Below, piece after piece: positions 1 to 12,389 of a stretch of 64,000 bases of DNA. The stretch's first letter is position 1, and every line of letters starts with the position of its first letter. Under the pieces are notes generated by a model that was not told the origin of the DNA, did no database searches, and saw nothing but the letters and a program-made list of their open reading frames with translations. Position numbers and translations under genes: made by a program. The DNA is from Lama guanicoe. Taxonomy: Eukaryota. Location of the stretch: contig MU054117.1 of the NCBI GenBank assembly GCA_013239625.1, positions 4,144,677 to 4,208,676 of the forward strand, read 5' to 3'.

Positions 1-509
1 TGAATATCGAGGCCACCGCATTTTTCTCACTGGCCTGAAGCCTGGGAAGCTTGATACGCTGCTTTGAAGTCTGCTCGGGGCAGGGGAGTGCGTGGATTTG
101 CCGGGCCTCCGACAGTAAGAGGGTGGATAAGACCCTCTCGGGCTCAAGTGTCAGGAGACTTTCCCAACTTTATAAACACTGCTGGGAAAGTGGGGAGCAC
201 TCAGACCTGCCGTTTTCAGCAGGAGGCCTTGAACACTTCTTGCTTCGAGGTTGGGCTGAAAAGTCTGGACCCCACGATTCATCTACGGGGGCAGCGAGGC
301 CGCCAGCGTAGGCCAGGGGACTATTGCTCGAGAATGTTCTGGGAAAGATCCCTGCCTGGGCGGAGGGGGCCTTACAAGACACATCCCATTTCCTCATTTC
401 TCCAATTAAAACACACTGTACCTCCTTTTCTAAATCTTGGGCCACTGCCCTCCAACACCCTGCACACATTCATTGAGTTGCCCACGTTCAGACCACAGGA
501 AGACGGTAC

Positions 510-705
510 CGATTTTGGTGAGCCACTTGGCCACAGCGCCGTAGATCTCGTCCAGGATGAGGATGACCACGAGGTTGATGATGACCGCCGTGGCTGTCAC
601 CGTCACCCGGACATTGGAGCGTGTGGCCTTGTTGAGAGACAGAGCAGCTGCGGTGGTGATGCGGTACACGATGACCCCGAAGACAATGGAGAAGGTCAGC
701 GCGAT
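510..705 (-). CDS. ANO2: ANO2 internal coding exon, 196 nt (TM3-TM4)
   Basis: ccctgaacag|ATC GCG CTG...AAA ATC G|gtaccg translates to [65 protein letters not shown] plus 1 nt. Overlaps ORF 430..669(-). The gene continues beyond both window ends. Confidence 0.97.
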
Positions 706-3700
706 CTGTTCAGGGAAGCAGGGAGAGTCTCAGGTCAGCGGACGGTCCTCACACACCCATCCCTCACTCGGCCAACGGTCCTGTCACATGGGGTACTGCT
801 AATCTGGAGTCCCCTGGCGGGTGACAGAGCACAGCAAACCCTTTGAACTCCTGCAAACTCCAAGCATGGGTGCATCTTCCAGGAGAGAATGTCGTATTTT
901 TATCAGATTTCAAATGTCCTACAACACACACACACACACACTAAGGTTCCCAGTGGGGAGAGGGAAGGGCGAGGGGGAAAGGGGTTATGATATGAAATCA
1001 GGAGTGAAACTTTCGAAAATTGCAAAGCACTATAGAATTTAAAGAATCTTTCACTCAACTCAAAAAAATTGCAAAACCTATTCAGAAGTCTTATAAATAA
1101 AAACTAATATATAAAAATATAGAAACAAAAAACCACCTAGGAATGAAACCCTGGACACCGTGGTGTGCCCATCACACAGGGTGTGATTTCTTAGAGAGTC
1201 TTCAATGGACTCCGAGGCTAAGTTCCACCATAGTAAACAACAGCTCGGGATGCGGTCAGTGCCAAGCAAAGAAGGTAGCTGTTAATGGGACTGAGGACAC
1301 AGAGGAGCGAGGGGAACCGGGGGTCAGGGAGGAGTCTGTGGAGCAAGCACATTTAAAGCATGCCTTCAGCAAGAGGCAACAGGGAGCCACCGAAGGTGCT
1401 TGAGCTGAGAAGGGGCGAGTTAGAACTCGATGGGGTGGGTGGGAGAAGGTTGCCAAAGGAGGGAAGGGGGAAAGAAACTCAGAGTGACAGTTTGAGAGCC
1501 TCAGTCCTCAAGGTGAACAAAGTATGGCTCTAAGATTTCTCTACCAGGCGACCAGAAATGGAGAACTCAGATTTCTCAGTGGGTGCAGACATCTTTGGCC
1601 ACTACATTTAAAAGGAAAGTTTACCAGCCACGTGACCTCGAGGGCCACTCACCCCCCATTTCTTTTTTCCAGAACCTGAGAATGATAAGGCGCCACCTTC
1701 TGTCTCATCACAACCAAGGAAGGGTGGATCCAATGAAGCACAGGTATGTGAAGAGAAGGCAGTGGCCCCAGTGGGCCTCTGAGGGGGGCCGAGGGAGGTC
1801 AGGGAACTGCTGGGTGCATGGCCCCCTCAGAGCAAAATTCTAATTCGTTTCAGTCAAGTGACGTCTTCCTTGTTAGAATTCTTTCATCAAAGGAGGTGGT
1901 TCCGGTCCTGTTTCCTCTGGGGGCAGGGAAGGAGGGTGGCCGCTGGCCGTGGAGGGCCAAACAGAAAACGTGGGGCGAGAACTGGACAGGTCAACGGGTT
2001 CCTCTGAAGAAACACGCTGTCCGGGACTTCGCGTGTGCCCTCCCCAGGGAGGAGGGAAGTCGGGAGGGGCGGGGAGGAGGCTCTGCAGGCAGCATGAGTG
2101 ACACTCTGGTGGGCTGCAAGTGGAGAATGGGCTGTAAGTGTGTCCGTGTAAGGATGTCTTCACTTCTGGGGGTGCTGGTGGCAGCCTCAGCCATGTGCCC
2201 ATGTGTTTCACAACATCAGTGTTTGCCTTGTGGCCCAGGGTGCGAAAAAGAAGGAAGGCAGGATGGCAGTGCTCTCTGGGTAGAGGAAGGGGGGGTGTGT
2301 GTGTGTCCATGTGTGTGTCTGTGTGTGTGCACGCGCCTGCGCGTATGTCAGCGTGGAGGAGAGGTTAGATGGGAAAAACACTCTGAGGGAGGCCCCTCTT
2401 CTGATGCGGGGTGGGGGCGGGAGCAGCAGAGCCCTGGCCTCCAGGACTTGGGGGACCGGGCAGGGATGACTGCTCTGCATGGGGGGAGACCTGGACATGA
2501 CATCACCGCTCGCCAACAGTGTAGACATTTCACTTCCCAGTCCTCTGGGATTGTCACCGCCAGACAGTAAGGGCCTGGAAAACGCAGTGTGAGATTCTTT
2601 TCCCCCAAAATCGCTTTTGCAGTGAAGGCCAGGGGTGGAAGTATTGATGAGGTGGGGGGAGGCCAGGGCACCGAAGAGCAACTGTGTGGGTTTGGTGCTG
2701 GGTGTGGGGGTTGGGTGGGGGGAACAACACGGGCAAAAACATCCCTTGTGTTGGGGTCTGGGGGGTGGGCCACAGAGGAACCAGTGGGGAGGCGATCGGT
2801 TTCTATTCTCCCCTCTTAGAGGCCCGGCTGCTGCGCTGGGGAGGGAAGGACGCTCTTCCCTGCCCCTCAGAGTGTGACGTGGACCTGCTGCCTCCGCCAG
2901 GAGCATGATGGACACGCAGAACTTCAAACTCAGGTCTAGACCTACCTGCATTTTATCCAGAGTCTTGTTCCAGAGGCACGGCTCCCACAACTCAGGAAAG
3001 CCCTCCGTCCCACCCTCCCTTCCTTCTGGCTCCTCCGCCAAATGCCCCTCCCCAGCCCTCTGATGCTAATTACTTGCGATCCTAACTTTCCTTGTCCTGA
3101 TTTTCCACCCCACTACAGACATCAGGTTCTGAACCTCTCCTTCTGTGTTTCCTGCAAGCACTTCAAGGTTCAGTGTTCAAGCTGAACGAGCTTGGCGGGC
3201 ACTGCCCAGTCCCGGGGCCATCTGGCAGATGAGGAAACAAGGCGTGCAAAGGGAAGTGATCTGCTCAAGGTCACAAGGCATAGCTACAACGCTAGATCAG
3301 GGTAGGGATGAAAGAATTTTAGCACTGAGGGGGCCACACCCACCTTCCATCTCATGGACAAGGGAACGGAGGCCCAGGAAGCAGCAATGATTGGTCCAAG
3401 GTCTGGGGGATACGTGGCAAAGCGGAGACACTAATGGTGATGACTTATCAGCTGAAGCCAGCCCCTCTGCGCCCTCTTGATTTCATTCTTCAATGCACAT
3501 CTGCACTGGCATGAATCCCTATAGCCACCCTGCAAGGTAACACCTTTTGTGGCTGTGATTTAGCGCCATCCAGGATTTGAAGCCTGCTCTGTGGCTCCAA
3601 AGTCTCCACTCCCATCCTGACATCGGAACTCAGGTCTCTGGGCACTAAATCCAGTACTATCTTCAGCACTCCGGTAGCATCACTGACATTGCTTATTAAA

Positions 3701-4108
3701 TTCAACAAATATTTTCCCACCACCTCCTGCGCTGGGTGGACTGCACAGGGGTGACCAGTGTCCCCCAGCTAGGCATCTCACAACACGCCCCCTGGAAGCT
3801 CCAACTTCAAACATCCGCGGCCAAGGCTGGGGAGACAGAACTCCCTACTAGAGCGGCCGAAGGCCACTGAACCTCCCAGGACTGGTTCTCTGTCTGAGGG
3901 AATCACTGTTCCCTCCTCGGATGACCGACATCAGCACCGGCCTCGCTATCAGGTAAGACCCTTCCCATCTACCCAGCACTGCGGCTGCATCTTCAGTAGC
4001 CCCTCGCTGTCCCGGTCGCGTGAGAGACTAACACACCCACAGCATTCACACGGCGGGATCTCCAGGCACGTGTCCCCAGCAGTTTTTTTGTTCCCCCCAG
4101 GAAATTAC

Positions 4109-4183
4109 CATGAACAAGATGGAGGCAAAGTTCATCAAGTAGCCTGGGAAGCGATCCCTCCAGGTCAGCTTATCATCATCGTC
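4109..4183 (-). CDS. ANO2: ANO2 internal coding exon, 75 nt (loop end and start of TM3)
   Basis: tgttcctgtttccccag|GAC GAT GAT GAT AAG CTG ACC TGG...TTC ATG|gtaatt translates to [25 protein letters not shown]. Phase 0-0. Confidence 0.96.
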
Positions 4184-7100
4184 CTGGGGAAACAGGAACA
4201 GAGACAGTCAGATGATGCAAATGACGGGCGTTAACTTTCTCTCAACTTCCCATAAGCGTGCCTATCGCTAGTCATTCACCGCTCCGTGGAGGTATTTCTC
4301 TAGCCCCTGACAACTCACCCTGCACATTAACAGCCCTCCCGATGCTGTGATTTCTAAGGCAGCCTGGACAACCCATGGTGAGGACAGCACCACATTTGAT
4401 CGCAGCCTCATCCTTGGCTGAGTTTTAGTTCAATCACTTACCAGCTCTGTGATCTTTGGCATCTCTCTTAATGTTTCTGACCTTCTATTTCTGCATCTGT
4501 GAAATGGGCACAGTCGTGACCTCTGTCCTGGCTAACGCACAGGATGGTTTTAATCGTTTTGTCTGAATGAGAACCACCTGAACATGGTAAAGCACTAGAC
4601 AGATGTCAGATACAAACGACCACAGGGCAGCGTCCTGAAGCAGATCACCATTTAGACCAAATGTCAACCACGGACCTTAGATCTTAAGTGTACAAATTCC
4701 CACAGTTCTGTTCTTCAGAGAATCTGTATGTGTTTTCATAGGTTCCCCTCCCCCAAATGACTGTTCTCCCCTGGTCACAAATACAGACATTTCAAGGTGC
4801 AGGTTAAGCGGATGTTCTGCTGTCAGTCGGGCTGAGAACCAGACCGGGTCCAGTTCCCAGGCTGCTCTTCTGGGACAACCATATCCCTGACCACATCCTC
4901 CTTTGGCAGCCCTGAAGGACCCTCATTTGGTAGAGCGATGCCAACAAAGTATGAGTGGTAAAAATGTCTGCTGACTAATGCCACCTAATTCTGGTCCAGG
5001 CAGCTGACTTCTCCGAGCTGCAGCTCTGTAAGATTAGAACCCATACAGTGCCTGCCCACCACCGGGTTGCTGGGAAGCCCATGTGAAGCCGTGTTTGGGA
5101 AGATGCCGTGAAAACCGCAAAGCCCTCCACGCCGGCGAGGGAGGAGCCCCCCGCGTTTCTGCAGTGTGTCTGAATCGAACTCAGGGAGCGAGTGTTCCAG
5201 GGCCCCTCTGTTCCTACCCTCCCCTTCTCGCTCCCAAAACCGCTGGTGATTTCAGAACACACCTGCCTTGGCTCTTGCAACAGTGCCATCTAGTCTCTGA
5301 AAGCTTGTACTGTAGGCCGAGGGCCCTCCTGGCCTAAAAAATCTTTTTTCTAAAAACCTTTGTGCACCCACCGCGTGCAGACCTTAGGGCCAGGCACGGT
5401 GGGCGGACAGGGGACAGTGGACATGATCGCCGTCCCTGCGCAGCTCCTGGTCTACTGAGATGGAAGCGACACCGCCACACTAGAAAGTCTCAGGACTCAC
5501 TCGCCACTGTGCGGGCACAGGTTACACGGCCCTTGAGGACAGGAACGATGTGTCCCTTTCGCGGCACGTCTGGGGCTAAGCACAGCACTGAGCGGGCTTA
5601 CATGGGGTGGAAGTGAGTCTTAAGGCTGAAGTCATTCAGTAATTAGTGCTTTCGGCTACAGACGATGTAAACAAGGGTACTTAAGCTGCTCACAGACCGG
5701 GACAGGATCAGGTCTCCAGGCTCGGAGCCCAGCAGACTTTCCATCACGCGAGGACCAGGTAACTAGGGGTCGTGACCCTATTGCATGGGAGGGACCATCT
5801 AAGCCCGTTTCTGTTAGGACTGGAACAAGATTTCTCAATGTCTCTCCTTTTTCCTTTTTGATTAATTCTTAGTTTCACTCACATTAGTGGTTTTTCCTTT
5901 AAGGTTCTGATGAGGACAACTGAAGACGGGCAGGTGGACGGTAACACTCAGCGGGGATTATGGAAAGAAGGGTTGGGGTGGGAGGAGCTCTTCTGTGGGC
6001 CTCTCTCACCACAGTTAAGGTTTTGATGGTTTGGACCCTTTTCCTGCTCTTTGGCCTAGGGAGAAGTTCTGCCTTAAAGATCAGCAGACCAGGTGAGTTC
6101 TGAAACACCAGCGGGGAGGAGGGAAGAGGGAGCTCCAGTTACAGGTTCTGTGTCACCATCCCCCCGCCAGGGGGGCTCCCTGGGTGGGGAGCAGGGCAAG
6201 GAGAGGCAGGAAGACCCATGCGTGGCCCGTGAAATGAGGGGAGGGGTAAGAAATGAGGGGTCAGTGAGGGTGAGACGGGGTCAGAGTCGCCCTCAGGGCG
6301 GAGACGGACAGCCCTGGAAGAAATGGGAGAAAGGGAATTATAAGCAGAGAAGCAGGAAACATGGCCCCAGATGCTGTCCCCTTAATTCAGGCCAAGGACC
6401 AGCCTCTACCCCGCGGGGACAGCTCTGTCCTGGGACACGAGTTTCAGCTCAGTTCCACTCAACAGACGCGATCTGGGTGTCTTGGATGGGCTGGACGGAG
6501 GACACAGGGAGGAGAAGGCTCGGCCCTGCCCAAGAGATCCCGCTGAGGACACAAGGGAAGGGATTTCAGAGCTGACCCTGCTAGGGAAGGCGATGCTACT
6601 TTCCTTTTGCATAAAAATGAGATATAACTACAAAGCCATTGAATCCAATGTCCTCTCAAAGCAACTGTCTTAACGAACAACAGTCATTTTGATACAGACG
6701 TTCTGGTGTTTGTTGAAAAATCACTCTCATATTTACACGGATGAGCCCTTTTTTTTTTCCTGGAAGTGATAGCTTCCAACATACACACAGTTCCCATACA
6801 TTCAGACACTTCTCAAACACAAGCGCAGAGAGAAACGCGAAGATTCCAGACTGGCTTCCAAGCTCCCCGAGTTACCAGAAAAGATGCCAGTGAGCCAAGG
6901 GGCCCTTCTGTATAATAACTGGCTCTGATAACGGCAGCTAATTAGAATCTCCACTCGCTGGCACAGTCAAGATGTGAAGATTCACGGCAAGACACCACCC
7001 AGTCAATTACGCTCTGTGTGAAAGCCACATAACCAGCTTCTGGGATGGCAGAAGAAAAGTAGACGGGGAACCACGGCTTCTGAGTTTAACTCTTGGCGCT

Positions 7101-7739
7101 CGTCCTCCCTAGTCAAGTGGCCTTGGGAAACTCCCAGAGCCTTCCTTTCCTCAGCTGTCAAGCAATTATATTCTTCATCTGTAAAATGTGTACATGGTAA
7201 TATCCATCCCACCAAATGACCATGCGTTTTGTATTCATCAGCCAACCGGTGGAGGGGCCGAGCCAGGGCACCTGAACACAGAGGGGAGGACTCTCAGTGC
7301 CTCCCTCTCCTTCTGAAATGGACTGTTGTCATCAACTCTTGTCCCATTGAAGTGGCAGAGGCACTGTGTGGACCACATGGCTGGATGTCGTGAGAGCGCT
7401 TTGTAAGCACTAAGGCGTCACACAAAAGTAAGGTCTAATCAGCTTCGTGATTCCGTCAAAAGCAGGTGGTTAGGAAGCACTCAGCTAATTCATGCTTGTG
7501 AAGACATGAGCCCGCTGTCGTCTGCGCTGGGGTCTTTGTCCCTGGACTCTGACTCCCACTTCCAAGTCTCCAAACAGGAAGTAGCAGGGTGATATTCACA
7601 TGAAACCACAGAAGTGTCCTTCTGGCAAACTGGACAGTTGGACATGCAGTTACTGAAAATGCAATGAGAACGCTATCTAAGCAAATCCCTTTGGAGAGCA
7701 GCCTTGAACAGTGGCCAATCACCCTTGAGTTGGTATTTC

Positions 7740-8345
7740 TTTAAATGAAGTTGTAACTTCCATACAGTAAAATTCACCATTTGCAGTGCTGCAAGTTTGG
7801 ATAAACATGCACGTACTGCTGCAGAACCACAACCACAGGCAAGATACAGAAGAGCCCATCAGCCCTCAAGATAGACCCCCATGTCTCTTTGTGGTCCACC
7901 ACCTCCCCCGATCCGCAGATCCTCGCAAGATCTGTTCTCCATCCCTTGAGTTTTGCCTTTTCCAAACTTTATAAGTAACTTCACTCCATAGGGAGCCTTG
8001 TGAGACTGACTTCTCTCACTCAGTGCAGTGCACTGGGGGCTCATCCCGGCTGCATTCTCCCGAGTCTGTTCCTTCTTACCGCTAAGTAGTATTCCCCGAA
8101 TGGACGTGCCACAGTTCGTTCAACCGTCCCTAGCTGAGAGACGTTTGGGCTGTCCCCAGTTCTTGGGGGTTATAAAAAGCCGTTGTAAGCATTTGCGGGC
8201 TGCAGTTTTCATTTCACTTAGGTAAACACCAAGCAGTGGAAGTGCTGAGTCATCGGGTGAGTCTGTGTTTGATTTATAAGCAGCCGCCAGACTGTTTTCC
8301 AAAATGGCTGTGCTGTTTTGCATTTTCACCAGTAACATATGAGAA
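7740..8345 (-). mobile_element. Old L1 (L1M-type) 3' end fragment
   Basis: Typical L1 3' sequence on the minus strand. ORF 8120..8338(-) resembles a decayed ORF2 C-terminus (LLGVYLSEMKT...FITPKNWGQPK). Boundaries approximate. Confidence 0.75.
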
Positions 8346-8359
8346 TTCCTTCCTCTACT

Positions 8360-9100
8360 TTCTTTCCTTTAAATAAACTTTTAATTTTAGAACACTTTTA
8401 GATTTTATTTTAGAATAGTTTCAGATTTACAGAAAAGCTTCAAAACCGGTACAGAAGAGTGTGCATGTACATGTGTGTGTATATATAGGCACACACTCTG
8501 CACCCAGTTCCCATGTCACATTAGTCTGGGTACATTTTTTGCAACCCGTGAACCAATGTCGTACATTATTATCCACTAAAGTTCACACTTTGTTTGGATT
8601 TTCTTGGTTTCCACTGCTTAGGTGACACTATCCCCTTTCTGCCCCAGAGTCCCATCCACGCTCTGTTCAGCCAGCCGTCTCCGTGGGCTTCCCGAGACTA
8701 TGACGGTTCCTCAGACGTTTCTCACTGTTGATGACCTTGTCAGTTCTGAGGAGTACTGGTCAAGGATTTTGTAGAATATTCCTCAATATGGGTTTGCCTG
8801 AAGTTTTTCTCATAATTAGACTTAAGTTATGGGCTCAGGGGAGGAAGACCACTGCGGCAAAGTACCGTTTTCATCTCATCACATCAAGGGGACAGGCTAC
8901 GCTATGACCTGCCACTCACGATGTTAACCTTGATCACTCGGTGGACGTGTTTGTCAGGCTTCCCTGCTGTCAAGTTACTCTTTCTCTCCCCAGCCAGTTT
9001 CATACTTCACTCTTTAAAGGAAGCCACTACATGCCCCCCGCCCCCATCTAAAGGGCAGGGAATTAAATTCCACCTCCTTGAAGAAGGGAGTATCTACAGA
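8360..9100 (-). mobile_element. Old L1 (L1MC/ME-like) 3' UTR fragment
   Basis: Motifs such as ttttagaatagtttcagatttacagaaaag, ttgatgaccttgtcagttctgaggagtactggtcaagg and gttaaccttgatcact are recalled from L1MC-type 3' UTRs. Confidence 0.6.
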
Positions 9101-10440
9101 TTCCTCCAGCTTTTTAATCCAGATGTTTATAGTATTTTAGATTCACTTAAAGCAGGACTGTAGTAAAGAGATGCTCAGGCATGCCAAAGTTAAACCGTTG
9201 CAGACCGCTTTGAATTCAGTAAAGAAGAGTGAAGGGGATAAATGCCTTCTGAACAGGAGGTTTCATGCTGGGGGCAGAACTGGATTTGGGCTTACAAGGA
9301 AGCCGGCTGTGGTCTTCTTTCTTTGGGGAAGCCTGCAAGGGGCAGGAAACCAAGCACCGTCATCATCCCCAGCAGCCCATCCTCATCACCACCAGCTAAT
9401 ACCCAGAGGGTCGTGAACAGATAGGCTCTGGTTTCCATTAGAATGTTCATACATTTAGCCTCCGTCCCTGCAAATATTTGGGAAGGCAGTGTCAGGAAGA
9501 GGAAAAAATAATGGATTTGGAAATACAAGACTAGGGCTTTATCCCTGTCTCTAGCTCTGTATCAGCAGAACATACATATTATGTTGGCATATCATCATTT
9601 CTCTGTGCCCTCATAGCCACATCTTCAACCAGACAACTGGTCAACCTGCCCTCCTGCGTACTCAGTAGTACACCACGTATGTTGATGGCACTGGGAAAAT
9701 CCTAAGTTCTGCATAACTGTGAGTTACTACTACTCCTGTTTCTATGTGGGAAGCATTCATTGAACATCAAATGTGTACCCAGTGCTATTCTGGCACTAGG
9801 CCCTGGAGATTTGCAGAAGAATAGTTGCCATTCTTTGTTCTTAGGGAAGTCCCTCACTACTGAAAGAAACTGAGAAAGACAAACACAAAGCATGACATGA
9901 TGTGACATGTGTCATGGGAGCACTGAGGAAGGAGGAACCACCTGCCAAGGGGCATAAGACTTCAAAGAGGAAGAGATATTTTGCTTGTGACTGAAGGGTG
10001 GCAAGATGAAAAGGGAGATGACGGTCTTCCAGAGAAAGTGGCAGGTCCAAGAGCACCGAGTTATCAGCTCAGCTCAGCTGAAACCCTTCGCGGTGTTCAG
10101 GGTTTTAGAACACCAGCCCCTTGCCCTTCTTGTGTTGGTGCCTTTACAATAAATGCTGCACTTTCCTTCGCCATAGCCCGGTGCTAGGAGACCAGCCTTG
10201 CTGCGTGCAGGTGAGCAGATACAAGCCTGGTTTGGCAACAACAGCACCATCAAGCAGTTCAGAGTAACAAGGGGGCACAGTGTAGACAGAGCGGGATTTA
10301 GGCAGGGAAGAAGGTTGACTCACTGGCCTTCCCACCTCATTTGGAGAGACGTCCCTCCCTTCCCGTTGAGGGTCAGCTTCTTCACCTTCCCTTTGGACCT
10401 CACCCTTTCCTCAGGAACCTCACCCTTTCTTACCTTAAGC

Positions 10441-10638
10441 CAGTGCTCTCGCGCGCCAGCATACAGCTCCGGAGTCACCCATAAGACTCATTAGAGCACA
10501 TTTCCGGGCCCCATCCTCAGAAGTCCTGATTCAGTAGGTCCGCAGTGGGCCTGAGAGTCTGCACTTCTAACAACTTTCCAGGTAACGCTGGTGCTAGAGA
10601 TAGTGCTGATTAAGGGGTCACAACTTGGTAACCCCACT
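10441..10638. mobile_element. MER5A-like hAT-Charlie DNA transposon remnant
   Basis: Core gggccccatcctcagaagtcctgattcagtaggtc...gggcctgagagtctgcacttctaacaa matches recalled MER5A. Confidence 0.7.
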
Positions 10639-10712
10639 CTTAAACCATCTCCTTTCCACTACGTATTGCCATTCAGCCTATCAACACACTGAACCATAAG
10701 AGCTACCACTTT

Positions 10713-10809
10713 ATTATTTATTTTTAATGGAGGCCCTGGGGATTGAAGCCAGGACCTCATGCGGGCAAAGCATACACTCTACCACTGAGCTATACCCTCC
10801 CTGCCCCCG
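10713..10809 (-). mobile_element. tRNA-derived SINE (camelid vic-1-like) with 11-bp target-site duplication
   Basis: Minus strand GGGAGGGTATAGCTCAGTGGTAGAGTG...GGTCCTGGCTTCAATCCCCAG (A and B boxes) followed by an AAAT tail. GCTACCACTTT is repeated at 10702-10712 and 10810-10820. Confidence 0.88.
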
Positions 10810-11439
10810 GCTACCACTTTTAAATTACTTATATCATGTGACTGACAAGCAGCTAAGTGTCTAAGACATCTTTCATTTAATTCCTGCAATGGCCCTTGAA
10901 GTCACAGTTGGTGTCGTCTCCCCACCCCCAACAGCTGCGGAAAGTGAGCTTCGGGGAGTTAAGGATCTTGGTCGCAAGCTAACAAGTCACAGCTCTGGAA
11001 CCCAGTGTGTCTGAGTCCACGCCGGCGCTCACCAACCAACCTCCCGTGTGGTGCAGCCTCCCCAGGGCTCTGCATCCAACAAAACAAGGGCACTGAGGAG
11101 CAGCCACAGCACAGGAAGGAAACTAGAAGAGAGCCATGCCACCAAAGCCCAGGGAAGGAAGGTTCAATAAGCAGGCACAGCTTCTCTTAACAGAGAGACC
11201 AAGTGAGTTAAGACAGCAGAGTGTCTACTGGAATTGACCACGAAGGTCTTCTGTGCCCCGTGAGACACAGAATGAAGGAATATCGGAGCAAACCCAAGAT
11301 TGCACATGATGAGAAAGCAGATGGGAGGTGAGGTGAGAGAGTTGCTGTAGTCTGCTTTCTTAAGAAGTTCTGGGAACAAAGGTTTGAGCCAAGTTCAGGC
11401 CAGTGCACCCCACCACGACACCCTCCTTCTGGCTGGAAT

Positions 11440-11975
11440 CATGGCTTTACTGACCAGCCCCACGTTGAGGATCTCAAATCTTCACCATCAGCTCAGAGCT
11501 CTCAGCTGAGCTCCAAAGTCGTTTGTCTGACGGCTTGGTGGACGTCTTCAGCGGGATGCCCCAAGCTCAAAATGTCCCAAAAGAATGAACCATCTTATCC
11601 TTTAAACCTCCTTCTTTCATGCTCCCTAACTCAGTGAACTCAACCATGGTCCTCTGAGCAGACAAAGCTGGAGACTGAGGTATTCACTTGGGCTTTTTCC
11701 TCCCACACAGTCACCTCAACCAGTTCCAAGTCCGACAGAGCCTGGCTCCTTCAGCATCCCCCCGTCTGCCACGGCTCTTCCTTCTGCTGCCGATGCCCCG
11801 CACATCTCCAGCCACGTTACCCTCTAATATGATGCTGTAACTGTTGACTTTCTTTCCTCCTTGTGGACTGTCAGCTCCAGGAGAGCAGAGACCATGCTGT
11901 ACTCCTCTCCATGTACCCGGGGTGTAAGCACAGGGTCAGGTACGTAGTGTTAAGCTCAATGAATGTTCGTGCAAT
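11440..11975. mobile_element. L2 LINE 3' fragment
   Basis: Contains L2-type motifs ctcaaaatgtcccaaaag, gactgtcagctccaggagagcagagaccatgctg and gctcaatgaatgtt. Boundaries approximate. Confidence 0.6.
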
Positions 11976-12044
11976 CACTGTGTCTCCTACCAGAGTGTGC
12001 ACCACAACTCTGAAAACAATCTTGGTGACAATTAACCAGCCTCA

Positions 12045-12389
12045 ATAGAAACTATCAAGAGGAGCCAATTAAAATTAGAAAACTCAACTGCTGAGACAAA
12101 AGCCGAGCTAAAGGCAGTCAGCAGCAGACTACACGGTGCAGAAGAACAAGTAAGTGATTCAGAAGACAGGACAAGGGAAGTCACCCAGTCAGAACGGCAG
12201 ACAGACGAGCAAATGAAAACCAGTGACAGCAACATAAGGGACCTATGGGGTAACAGAAAGCACGCCAATCTACGCATAATAGGGGTCCCCGAAGGAGAAG
12301 AAAGAGAAAAGGGGATGGCTAACGTATTTCAAGAAATCATAACTGAAAACTTCCCAAACCTAAGGAAGGAAACAGAGACCCGAGTACAG
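12045..12389 (+). mobile_element. Isolated L1 ORF1 fragment
   Basis: Translates to L1 ORF1p coiled-coil/RRM sequence ...IRDLWGNRKHANLRIIGVPEGEEREKGMANVFQEIITENFPNLRKE (ORF 12213..12398). Confidence 0.9.

Noticed and set aside
64..846. 260-aa plus-strand ORF
   Set aside because: It is the antisense shadow of the ANO2 exon 510-705 plus flanking intron, with no recognisable protein.
1818..3041. Overlapping 250- and 277-aa ORFs
   Set aside because: GC-rich low-complexity sequence spanning a GT microsatellite, with no homology recognised.
10740..10800. tRNA gene
   Set aside because: A and B boxes are present, but the AAAT tail, the TSD and the lack of a proper acceptor stem indicate a SINE.
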